Of a stretch of DNA of 64,000 bases, positions 30,504-39,290 are shown piece by piece (position 1 is the stretch's first letter; the number at the start of each line of letters is the position of its first letter). The notes under the pieces were generated by a model. That model did not search any database and was not told the DNA's origin. It saw only the letters and a list, made by a program, of their open reading frames with translations. A program made the position numbers and the translations under genes. This stretch comes from an uncultured delta proteobacterium (GTDB lineage Bacteria > Desulfobacterota > Binatia > DP-6): assembly GCA_963815115.1 (NCBI GenBank), contig CAWFFN010000009.1:1568001-1632000 (forward strand), read 5' to 3'.

Positions 30504-30981
30504 TCATTGTTCGGACTTGTCCCCGTTGCCCCCGACGTCCGTGCTGTGCACGAGCTTGCCCAGCAGACGCTCGAGCAGGACGGCCGACTCGGTGAACGCG
30601 ATCGGGTCCCCGGACTTGAGCATGATCCTGCTCGCCGCCGAGCTGGAGCGAGATGTAGCGATCGCCGAGGAGCCCGGCCGTGACGATCGAGGCGGAGGTA
30701 TCCTTCGGCAGCCGCAGGCGAGGGTCGAGATCGAGCGTCACGTGGGCACGGTAGTCGTCACCGAGGCCGATCGAGCGCACCTGACCCACCTTCACCCCGG
30801 AGATCACCACCGGAGCTCGGGTCTTGAGCCCGCCGAGCTCGTCGAAGTCGGCGGTGAGCACGAAGCCGCCCGGCCCCTGCCGGGAAAGGCCGCCGACGGC
30901 CAGCGACAGGTAGGCGAGGGCAGCGAGCCCGAGGAGGACGAAGAGACCCACGAGCAGGTCACGGCCCGGCGATCGGCTCAC
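30504..30981 (-). pseudogene. mlaD: MlaD (MCE) protein, frameshifted by one extra base near 30625-30630
   Basis: VGLFVLLG...GGLKTRAPVVISGVKVGQV...TAGLLGDRYISLQLGGEQ; the expected tail MLKSGDPIAFTESAVLLERLLGKLV...* is in another frame and ends at 30504. Confidence 0.85.
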
Positions 30982-30985
30982 GCGT

Positions 30986-31762
30986 TCACACCCCCCACAG
31001 CGCGGTGATGAGATAGTCGGAGATCAGGACGCTCACCGACGCGACGACGACGGTGGCCGTCGTGGCGGCGCTCACCCCCGCGGACGTGGGCGCGCTGGTG
31101 TAGCCGCGAAAGGTGGAGATCCAGCCGACGAGCACCCCGAACACGCCCGCTTTCAGCAGGCTCCCGCCGAGGTCGTCGCGCAGGTCGAGGGAGGACTCGA
31201 GGCTCGTGAGGTAGGTGCCGCTGTCGACGCCGAGAAGCTTCACTCCCACCAACCAGCCGCCGAAGATGCCGCACACGATGAAGAGCGCCGTCAGCAGCGG
31301 CATCACCAGGATCATGCCGACCGCACGCGGCGCGACGACGTAGTCGACGGGATCGACGGACATCATGCGCAGGCCGTCGAGCTGCTGGGTGGCGACCATG
31401 GTGCCGATCTCCGCCGTCGTTGCCGAGCCGGCGCGGCCGGTCACCAGGAGCGCGGTCAGCACCGGGCCGAGCTCGCGCACCAGACTCAGGCCGACGACCG
31501 CGCCGAGCGACTGCGTGGCCCCGAAGCGTTCGAGCGTGTTGTAGCCCTGGAGGCCGAGCACCATGCCCACCGCCACTCCGCTGACGCAGATGATGAGGAG
31601 CGAGAGGACGCCCAGCTTGTAGACCTCGTCGACGACGTTGCGCAGCCGCCAGGGCGGAGTGACGGCATCCCGGATCACCTCGAGCAGAAACAGCGCCATG
31701 GAGCCGACGTCGGCAACGACCCGCGTCGTCGTGCTGCCGAGCTGGCGGACGGCCGCCACCAT
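30986..31762 (-). CDS. mlaE: MlaE ABC permease
   Basis: GMVLGLQG, RELGPVLTALLVTGRAGSA, AEIGTM, GVSAATT. Confidence 0.93.
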   Translation of the reverse strand: MVAAVRQLGSTTTRVVADVGSMALFLLEVIRDAVTPPWRLRNVVDEVYKLGVLSLLIICVSGVAVGMVLGLQGYNTLERFGATQSLGAVVGLSLVRELGPVLTALLVTGRAGSATTAEIGTMVATQQLDGLRMMSVDPVDYVVAPRAVGMILVMPLLTALFIVCGIFGGWLVGVKLLGVDSGTYLTSLESSLDLRDDLGGSLLKAGVFGVLVGWISTFRGYTSAPTSAGVSAATTATVVVASVSVLISDYLITALWGV

Positions 31763-32520
31763 CAGATCGCCTCCGGCAGCGCGTCGAGATCGGTGCTCAG
31801 GAACGCGCGCACGCGCGGATCGGTGCTGGCGCGCAGCTCGTCGGGGGCTCCCTGGAAGAAGCCGCCGGGGAGCAGCAGGAGCACGCGCTCGGCCATGCGC
31901 ATGGTGGAGTCGATGTCGTGCGACACCACCACGGTGGTGATGCCGCGCGCGCGGTTGATCTGCGTCAGCAGTAGCTCGATGCGCTTGGACGAGATGGGGT
32001 CGAGGCCCGAGAAGGGCTCGTCACACAGCAGCACGGCGGGGCTGCGGATGATGGCGCGGGCGAGGGCCACGCGCTTCACCATGCCGCCGGAGAGCTCCCC
32101 CGGCAGCAGCCCGTCGACGTCGCGCAGGCCCACCGCGTCGAGCCGGTCGTGCACCTCGTCGGCGATCGCCCGCTCGTCGAGGTCGGTGTGCTCGCGCAGC
32201 GGGAAGGCGACGTTCTCGAAGACGGTCATGGAGTCGAGAAGGGCGCCACCCTGGAAGAGCATGCCGACCTTCCGCCGGATGCGGAAGAGCTCGCGCTCGG
32301 AGCACCGGGTGACGTCCTCGCCATCGACGACGATCCGCCCGACCTGGGGGCGGATCAGCCCGGCGATCAGCCTGAGCAGCGTGCTCTTGCCGCAGCCGCT
32401 GCCTCCCAGCACCATGGAGATCCCCCCGACGGGAAAAACACAGGAGAGGTCCGTGAACACCGGCCGATCGCCGAATGCCATGGACACCTGCGAGAGCTCG
32501 ACGTGAGCGCCGGACTGCAT
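31762..32520 (-). CDS. mlaF: MlaF ABC ATPase
   Basis: GGSGCGKST, LFQGGALLDSMTVFENVAFPLREH, LSGGMVKRVALARA, DEPFSGLDP. Confidence 0.93.
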   Translation of the reverse strand: MQSGAHVELSQVSMAFGDRPVFTDLSCVFPVGGISMVLGGSGCGKSTLLRLIAGLIRPQVGRIVVDGEDVTRCSERELFRIRRKVGMLFQGGALLDSMTVFENVAFPLREHTDLDERAIADEVHDRLDAVGLRDVDGLLPGELSGGMVKRVALARAIIRSPAVLLCDEPFSGLDPISSKRIELLLTQINRARGITTVVVSHDIDSTMRMAERVLLLLPGGFFQGAPDELRASTDPRVRAFLSTDLDALPEAI

Positions 32521-32706
32521 GCGTGACGGTGCACCTTAGCAAGATCGGGTGCTGGCGCCAGCGCCGAACCGGACCGGCAGGAAAACGCGCGCGCCGCGAG
32601 CCGCCCGCGCGGGAGCCAGGTCCCGAGCGCCGAGACGCCGGGGACTCTGGGTTAGGGTTCGCTTCGGTACGCGACGGCATCACGCGCGTGCCGTCGATGA
32701 CCGGCG

Positions 32707-34077
32707 TCAGGCCGCGTTGGCGGCCGGGGTGGGGAGCCGGCGGGCGAGCGCCAGCGTCGCGAGCGCGGCTCCCAGCATGATCCCGAACGCCACGGCGAAT
32801 CCCGTCCGAGGCGCCAGGCTTCCGCTCTCGACCAGGGCGACCGCGGCTCCGCCGAGACCTGCGCCGAGCGCCACGCCGAGTACGTTCGCGAGCTGCATCG
32901 CGGCCGAGGCCGCACCCTCCGAACCGGCGCGCGCCTGCTCGATGACGGTCAGACTGATCGTGCTGTGGGCGAGGCCCATGCCGAGACCGACCACGGACCA
33001 GCTGGCGGCCGCCAGCAGCACCGGCGCGTCCTCTCGCGACGCCAGCAGGACGAGGACGATGCCGCACGCGATCAGGGCTGCGCCCGCGCCGACGAGCGAG
33101 CTGCGAGACCCCCGCTTCGCCGCCCGCGCCTGCACCCACGCGCCCGCCGTCCAGGTGAGGGAGGCCCCGCTGAGCGCGAGGCCGGCCACGGTCCCCGACT
33201 GCCCGCGGAACACGGTCAGGAAGAGTGGCAGCAGGGTCTCCGCCCCGAAGAAGGCGACGCTGACGACTCCCATCGAGGCGATCGCCGCCGGCAGACCCGG
33301 CCGGGCGCGCAGCGTGCCGTCGGGCAGGAGGTGTCGGAGCCCGGGAAGCACCGCCATGGTCCCGACGATCAGCAACCCCGCAGCCGGCAGGGCGCGGGCG
33401 TTCAACGCCAGGAGCACGAGCGCACTGCCTGCGGCGAGGAGCAGGGCGAAGCCGAGCGGCGCCGCGTCGCCGGGCTCGCCACGCGTGTCCTCTGGCCGCC
33501 CGAGTCGGCGGAGGGCGGGCAGGGTGAGCACGGCGCAGAGGAGGACGATCGGGGTCAGCCCGATGAACACGAGCCGCCAGCTCGCGTGGTCCGCGACGAA
33601 CCCCCCGATCCCCGGACCCACGAGACCGGGCACCACCCACGCGCTCGAGATCAGGGCGAGCATCCGGGGCCGGCGTTCCGCAGGGTAGCAGCGTGCCACG
33701 CTGGCGTAGATGACCGCCGAGAGCCCGCCCCCGCCGAGCCCTTGCACCGCGCGCGCCGCGATCAGCCATTCCATCGATGCCGCGGTCCCGCCCCCGAGGA
33801 GGCCGAGCGCGAAGAGCGGCAGGCCGACCGCGAAGGCGTCACCGGGCCCGCGACGGTCGGTGATCCGGCCCGAGAGGGTGATGCCGACGACGCTCGCCAG
33901 CATGAACGCGCTGAAGGCCCAGCCGTAGATCGCGAGCCCGCCGAGGTCCCGGACGGCGATCGGCATGACCGTCGTCACGGCGAGGCCGTCGAAGGCGATG
34001 CAGGCGACCGTCAGGAGCAACCCGGCGGTGAGTGGCCTGTCCGACGGTCCCGCCGGGGCCGCGGGAGCGCTCGTCAC
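32707..34077 (-). CDS. MFS transporter (drug:H+ antiporter-like)
   Basis: Many hydrophobic helices; AVTTVMP, YGWAFSAF, GRITDRRGP, ARAVQGLGGG. GTG start inferred. Confidence 0.85.
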   Translation of the reverse strand: MTSAPAAPAGPSDRPLTAGLLLTVACIAFDGLAVTTVMPIAVRDLGGLAIYGWAFSAFMLASVVGITLSGRITDRRGPGDAFAVGLPLFALGLLGGGTAASMEWLIAARAVQGLGGGGLSAVIYASVARCYPAERRPRMLALISSAWVVPGLVGPGIGGFVADHASWRLVFIGLTPIVLLCAVLTLPALRRLGRPEDTRGEPGDAAPLGFALLLAAGSALVLLALNARALPAAGLLIVGTMAVLPGLRHLLPDGTLRARPGLPAAIASMGVVSVAFFGAETLLPLFLTVFRGQSGTVAGLALSGASLTWTAGAWVQARAAKRGSRSSLVGAGAALIACGIVLVLLASREDAPVLLAAASWSVVGLGMGLAHSTISLTVIEQARAGSEGAASAAMQLANVLGVALGAGLGGAAVALVESGSLAPRTGFAVAFGIMLGAALATLALARRLPTPAANAA

Positions 34078-34196
34078 CTGACTCGCGTGCTGCACCGTGC
34101 CGCGGCAACCTACACGAGCGGCGGCGCTGTCGTGAGTCCCGTGTCGTCGTGGCGTGGCGGACCCAGCGCGCCGCGGCCGGGTCCGGAACGCGGCCT

Positions 34197-34697
34197 CTAG
34201 AACTGCACCTTGCCGCTGAACGAGCCGTCCAGGGAGACCGGTCCGTTCGGGTTGTCGCCCACGGGCTGCGCCGTCCCGGAGAACGACCCCGTCACGCGCG
34301 TACCGTCGAACGACTCGATCGTGACCTGCATCTCGCCGCTGTTCGCGAGCCAGCTCTTGATCGAGACGTGCCGGCCCGTCTTGGTCTCCAGGTAGCTGCC
34401 GCTGCACTGGGGGGCCGGCGCCGGCACGGCGAAGTTGGGGAGATAGATCGGGCACCCGAACCCGATGGTCCGCGCGACCCTTCCGGGGAGCACCGCCTTG
34501 GTGCCGATCACGATGAGACCGCTCAGGTCGTTGCTGATGGGCACCAGCCTGCCGCTCCACCTGAACGGCTTGCCGTTCACCGTGGCGGCGATGGTGTTCC
34601 TCTTCCTGCGTGCGGCCCCGGCGGGCGCGGGGATGCTCGCGGTCAGCACGCCCGCGAGGGCGATCATGGCCATCATCCTCGTCACGATCCTCGTCAT
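34197..34697 (-). CDS. Secreted beta-rich hypothetical protein
   Basis: RBS AGGAGG; signal peptide; ATVNGKPF...VTGSFSGTA...DGSFSGKVQF. Confidence 0.7.
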   Translation of the reverse strand: MTRIVTRMMAMIALAGVLTASIPAPAGAARRKRNTIAATVNGKPFRWSGRLVPISNDLSGLIVIGTKAVLPGRVARTIGFGCPIYLPNFAVPAPAPQCSGSYLETKTGRHVSIKSWLANSGEMQVTIESFDGTRVTGSFSGTAQPVGDNPNGPVSLDGSFSGKVQF

Positions 34698-34743
34698 GAA
34701 CCCTCCTGTGTCCGTGGGGAGATGCCCGGCGCGTCGGACCAGG

Positions 34744-37491
34744 TCAAGGTTTTCTGCCGGAGGACGGCGGGAGATGCTGGGATTTCGCGCGGGGGAGCGC
34801 GGTCACGATCCGATTGAGAGCGTCGGGCTCGACCGGCTTCGTGACGTGATGGTCGAATCCGGCGGTCCTCGTCCGCTCCCGGTCTTCCTCCTGGCCGTAT
34901 CCGGTCAGTGCCACCAGGAGGATGTGTTGCAGGCGCGCATCCTGCCGCACGCGGCGGGCGACCTCGTACCCGTCGATGCCCGGGAGACCGATGTCGACGA
35001 GCATGACGTCGGGCGGGGAGGTCCGCGCGAGATCGAGCGCGGTGGCTCCATCGTGGACCGTCCGGACCCGGTGTCCGAGCATCTCCAGCAGCATCGTCAA
35101 GGCCTCGGCGCCGTCCCGGTTGTCCTCCACGACCAGCACGCGCCGGTCACCTCGCTCTGCCGAGCGCTCCTCGGAAGCCGGGGCGGCGGTGCGCTCGACG
35201 CCGGGCGGGAGAACCGGAAGTCGCACGACGAACTCCGCACCCTTTCTGGGCCCGTCGCTCCGGGCCTCGACCCGGCCGCCGTGGAGCTCGACGAGCTGCC
35301 GCACGACGGTGAGCCCGATGCCCAGTCCGCCGTGGGCTCGGGCAACGCCGGGATCCGCCTGCGCGAAGAGGTCGAAGACATGCGGCAGGTGCTCGGGCGC
35401 GATCCCGACACCATTGTCCCGGACGCGCAGCACTGCGTCCCTCCCGTCCCGGGCGACCGTGATCTCGATGCGGCCGCCCGGCGCGGTGTACTTGGCTGCG
35501 TTCGAGATCAGATTCACCACCACCTGCTCGAGCCTCGTCGCGTCCCCTTCGACCTCCAGGCCGTCGGGCGCCGGTGAGAGCGAGAGATGGTGCGCGCGAT
35601 CCTCGACGAGCTGCTGCGTGCTTTCGACGGCTCGCTCGACGATGCTGGCGAAGCGCAGGCGCTGGGTGCGCAGCGTGATCTTCCCATGCGTGATCCGCGC
35701 AACGTCGATCAGGTCGTCGATGAGTTGCGCGAGCTGGTCCGTGCCACGGCGAACGATGTGGAGCGCGCGCTCTCGGCGCGCCGGGTCGAGCGACGCGGCG
35801 ACGGCCGCATTGCGCACTGCCGCCAGCGGATTGCGCAGCTCGTGCCCGAGCATCGCGAGGAACTCGTCCTTCGCCCGATTGGCGGCCTCCGCGTCGCGCC
35901 GCGAGCGACGTTCGGCGTCGTAGAGACGCGCGTTGTCGATCGCGATCGCGGCCTGGGCGGCGAACCCCACGACGACACGCTCCGCGTCCTCGGTGAACAC
36001 CCCGGGCTCGGGATGGCCGAGGAACAGGCCCCCGAACACCTCGCCGGAACGACCGACGAGCGGTACCGCGAGATAGCTCGTCACCGGAAGGTGACCCCGC
36101 GGCATCCCGTGGTGCGGAGGGTTCTTGCCGTAGCGCGGGTCCTTCCTGACGTCGTCGAGCCGCACCACGCGTTCTCCCGCGAACGTCGTCGCGAACAGGG
36201 CGGTGTTGCGCGGCATCCCGAGCTTCTCGAACGCTTCGCGCGGCGCCCCGGAGAGCGCGTAGAGCAGATAGTGGCCGCCTTGATCGTCGATGGCGTTGTA
36301 GAAGAACGCGCCGAACTTCGCGTGGGTCAGGCTCGTGGCGGCGTCGGTGATGGCCTGGAGCAGCTTCTGGGGGTCCAGCTCCGCGGAGAGCGCCTGGCCG
36401 ATCTGGTTGAGGGTGGCGACCATCGCGCGGCTGTGAAGAAGCGCCTCTTCGGACCGCTTCCGTTCCGTCACGTCGCGCGCGATCTTCGAGACCCCCACCA
36501 CGTCGCCGGACGCATCCCGGATCGGTGAGAGCGTCAGCGAGACGTGGATGCGCCGTCCGTCCTTGCACACGCGCCGGGTCTCGAAGTGCTCGATCCGCTC
36601 GCCGCGACGGAGCGCCGCGAGGGTCGTCTCGAGCTCGTCCGCGCCGTCGGCGGGGAGAAGACGCGCGATCGGGTGCCCGATCATCTCCTCGGGCGCGTAG
36701 CCGAAGAGGTGCTCGGCAGCGCGGTTCCAGCTCGTGACGACGCCGTCCAGGGTCTGGCTGATGATGGCATCGTTGGACGACTCCACGATGGCCGCGAGGC
36801 GCGTCCGCTCCGCGATCTCGGCGTCGAGCGCGCTGGCCCTCTGCTGGAGCCGGACGATCTCGCGCAGCCGCTCGTCCGTGCTGTCCAGCGCCGTATAGCT
36901 CTCGGCGGGGATCACGTGGGAGTGCGCTCCACAGATCTCGAGTACGCGAGAGCCGTCGCCGCCGTCGTGGAGGGTGGTCAACGGGTAGGCGCACAGGAGC
37001 GACAGCGGCAGGCTGGCGACGAGGTGGTTCCAGAGCTCCTCGAGGCGGAGGGCTGCGTCCGTCCTCCCCTCTGCCCATAGCAGCGCCACCATCTCTCCGA
37101 AGGCACGGACGCGAGCATGGCGCTCCGCGGCTCGCTCGACCACCTCTCCGACGACGTCGGCGAAGCGCGTCACATCCGGCGCCTCGTCGACCATGACCTT
37201 CGCCAGGGTCTCGGCGGCGTCCAGCTCGACGTAGCGGCCTTGCTCGCGGGCGACTGCCAGCTGCACCCCGCGCGCAGCGATGCTCTCCCGGAGACCCTCG
37301 AGATGCGGCCTCGTCGCGATGACGACGGCCGCCTCGCCAGCTCCGAGGCCGGCACCGATGAATCGTGCCGCCTCCGCCAGAAGGAAGGAGTCGCGCTCGT
37401 AGAACTGAACCAGATGCGTGCGGCGGTCGACGTCGGGCGCGCTCGAGCCCGCAATGCCCGTCGCAGGTTCCGAGACCGGACCGGTACTCAT
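34744..37491 (-). CDS. Hybrid sensor histidine kinase (MEDS-PAS-GAF-HisKA-HATPase-REC)
   Basis: MEDS (HLVQFYE, RAFGEMVALLW, LEELWN, LLCAYP), PAS (IVESSNDAII, SWNRAAE), GAF, H-box FLAMLGHELRNPL, NAAKYT, GGLGIGL, receiver (VVEDN, DIGLPGIDG, KP). Confidence 0.92.
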   Translation of the reverse strand: MSTGPVSEPATGIAGSSAPDVDRRTHLVQFYERDSFLLAEAARFIGAGLGAGEAAVVIATRPHLEGLRESIAARGVQLAVAREQGRYVELDAAETLAKVMVDEAPDVTRFADVVGEVVERAAERHARVRAFGEMVALLWAEGRTDAALRLEELWNHLVASLPLSLLCAYPLTTLHDGGDGSRVLEICGAHSHVIPAESYTALDSTDERLREIVRLQQRASALDAEIAERTRLAAIVESSNDAIISQTLDGVVTSWNRAAEHLFGYAPEEMIGHPIARLLPADGADELETTLAALRRGERIEHFETRRVCKDGRRIHVSLTLSPIRDASGDVVGVSKIARDVTERKRSEEALLHSRAMVATLNQIGQALSAELDPQKLLQAITDAATSLTHAKFGAFFYNAIDDQGGHYLLYALSGAPREAFEKLGMPRNTALFATTFAGERVVRLDDVRKDPRYGKNPPHHGMPRGHLPVTSYLAVPLVGRSGEVFGGLFLGHPEPGVFTEDAERVVVGFAAQAAIAIDNARLYDAERRSRRDAEAANRAKDEFLAMLGHELRNPLAAVRNAAVAASLDPARRERALHIVRRGTDQLAQLIDDLIDVARITHGKITLRTQRLRFASIVERAVESTQQLVEDRAHHLSLSPAPDGLEVEGDATRLEQVVVNLISNAAKYTAPGGRIEITVARDGRDAVLRVRDNGVGIAPEHLPHVFDLFAQADPGVARAHGGLGIGLTVVRQLVELHGGRVEARSDGPRKGAEFVVRLPVLPPGVERTAAPASEERSAERGDRRVLVVEDNRDGAEALTMLLEMLGHRVRTVHDGATALDLARTSPPDVMLVDIGLPGIDGYEVARRVRQDARLQHILLVALTGYGQEEDRERTRTAGFDHHVTKPVEPDALNRIVTALPRAKSQHLPPSSGRKP

Positions 37492-37690
37492 GGAGTGTCC
37501 CTCGGTGAGCGGAACCCGGATACCCGTTCGGTCCGAGGCTGACAAGGCTCATCAATGCGCCGTTGCCGGCCCGCACGCAACGCGTCGAGGGTCCCGGCCC
37601 GGATCGCGGGGAGGCGCGGCGAGCGACGTCGGAGAAGGACGAGCTCGCCGCGTAGCTTAGGACGGCTTGGCAGCGAGTGCCTCTTTTTCC

Positions 37691-37720
37691 TTGACAGTCG
37701 GCGATCTGGGCGAGTAGTCA
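37691..37720 (+). promoter_or_regulatory. Probable sigma70 promoter for the CREF-gene cluster
   Basis: TTGACA at 37691-37696 after a T-rich tract; TAGTCA 18 nt downstream. Confidence 0.4.
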
Positions 37721-37774
37721 CACCGGCTACGAAGATCCGGGGCCAGCAGGCCCAGGCATACGAAAGGCAGGCAA

Positions 37775-38464
37775 ATGCGATCCCCGTGCACTACTCGACG
37801 ACGTCACGGCGCCCGGCGCGGGACGCGGGCGTTGCGCGCGGGCGGCGCGCTGATCGTGGCTCTTGCGCTTGCGGCCGGGATGCGCGCGTCGCCGGCGCTG
37901 GCGCAGTGTTCGGACACCGACGCCGACGGCGTGTGTGACGACGTCGACAACTGTCCGGCACTCGCGAACCCGGATCAGGCCGATCTCGACGGCGACGACG
38001 TCGGGGACGCGTGCGATCCGAGCGACGCCGAGCTGAACGTCACCAAGCTCGAGATGGCGCGCGACTCGAGCGCCAACAACGACTCGAGCCTGTACCGCGC
38101 GAAGGGCGACTTCTTCACGAACCCGCCCACCGACACGCTGACCGCCGTCGCCGGCCTCACGGTGCACGTCGCGGACGCCCTCGGGACGGACTCGACGCAG
38201 GTGTGGACGCCCGCGGACTGCGCGAAATCGGCGCCCGGAAAGATCATCTGCGTCAGTGCCGACAGGAACGCCAAGCTCTCCGCCAAGGCCATCAAGGCCA
38301 CGCCGGCGGTGTTCAAGTTCACGCTGAAGGTCCGCCGCGTGGGGTTCACGGGGCCGTTCGACGGGCCGGTCCAGGTGACGCTGAGCAACGGCGCCATCGA
38401 CCGCTTCGGCATCATCATGGACTGCCGGGTGAGCAACAAGGGGCTCACCTGCCGCGAGTTCTGA
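37775..38464 (+). CDS. Secreted TSP3-repeat protein with conserved C-terminal CREF domain (1)
   Basis: Signal ending ASPALA; DTDADGVCDDVDNCPALANPDQADLDGDDVGDACD; ~145-aa CTD ending DCRVSNKGLTCREF. Confidence 0.85.
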   Translation: MRSPCTTRRRHGARRGTRALRAGGALIVALALAAGMRASPALAQCSDTDADGVCDDVDNCPALANPDQADLDGDDVGDACDPSDAELNVTKLEMARDSSANNDSSLYRAKGDFFTNPPTDTLTAVAGLTVHVADALGTDSTQVWTPADCAKSAPGKIICVSADRNAKLSAKAIKATPAVFKFTLKVRRVGFTGPFDGPVQVTLSNGAIDRFGIIMDCRVSNKGLTCREF

Positions 38465-38495
38465 GCGCCGTCAGCACGCGGCCTCTGGGGGAGCC

Positions 38496-39266
38496 ATGCG
38501 CAACGAGATCGCACGTCGACTGACCGGCCGCGGCGGAGCACGTCTGGTCGCGGGAGCCGTCCTGCTCGGCAGCTTGCTCGTGATCGCCGCCGTCTCCGTG
38601 GCCATCGCCTGCACCACCGACGCGCAGTGCGATGACGGCGACGCCTGCAACGGCGTCGAGAGCTGCAACACCAGCACCATGATGTGCGAGCCGGGCGTTC
38701 CCGCCGGCCCCGACGCGGACGGCGACGGGATCTGCGACGCCGGCGACAACTGCCCGACCGTCGCCAACCCGGGCCAGGCAAACCTCGACGGCGACGCGCT
38801 CGGCGATGTCTGCGACGATGCCGACGCCACCCTGAGCCCCACCAAGATCACCCTGCGGCGCAACAACGGCGGTCAGGGCGACAAGAGCGCGGCCAAGGGC
38901 AAGGGCTTCTTCGTCACCGCGCCGCCGGGAGACACCTTCAACGGCGCCGCCGGCTTCCAGATCCGCATCCAGGACGGCATCGGCCTCGACGTCACGCGCG
39001 GCTTCAGCGCCGCCGAGTGCGTGGCCGCCGGCACGAAGGTGAAGTGCAAGAGCACGGACAAGTCGCGCAAGGCGTCGCTCAAGGGCCTCGCGGCGACGCC
39101 GCAGGTGATCCAGTTCAGCTACGTGTTCAAGCGACTCGGCCTCGCGGGACCATTCAACGGGCCGGTGTCGGTGACCCTCACGCAGAACGGCAGCGCGATC
39201 GACCGCGCGGGAGTCGCGACGGACTGCCTGATCAAGCTGCTCGGGCTCGCCTGCCGCGAGTTCTAG
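38496..39266 (+). CDS. Secreted Cys-repeat/TSP3 protein with C-terminal CREF domain (2)
   Basis: Signal peptide; CTTDAQCDDGDACNGVESC repeat; TSP3; CTD ending DCLIKLLGLACREF. Confidence 0.85.
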   Translation: MRNEIARRLTGRGGARLVAGAVLLGSLLVIAAVSVAIACTTDAQCDDGDACNGVESCNTSTMMCEPGVPAGPDADGDGICDAGDNCPTVANPGQANLDGDALGDVCDDADATLSPTKITLRRNNGGQGDKSAAKGKGFFVTAPPGDTFNGAAGFQIRIQDGIGLDVTRGFSAAECVAAGTKVKCKSTDKSRKASLKGLAATPQVIQFSYVFKRLGLAGPFNGPVSVTLTQNGSAIDRAGVATDCLIKLLGLACREF

Positions 39267-39290
39267 CCGTCGTCGACGAAGGAGATCCCC

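Noticed and set aside
37720-37790. Possible riboswitch in the CREF cluster leader (GAAA, GGCAAA elements)
   Set aside because: I could not fit a convincing c-di-GMP or other riboswitch fold by eye; an Infernal/Rfam scan would be needed.
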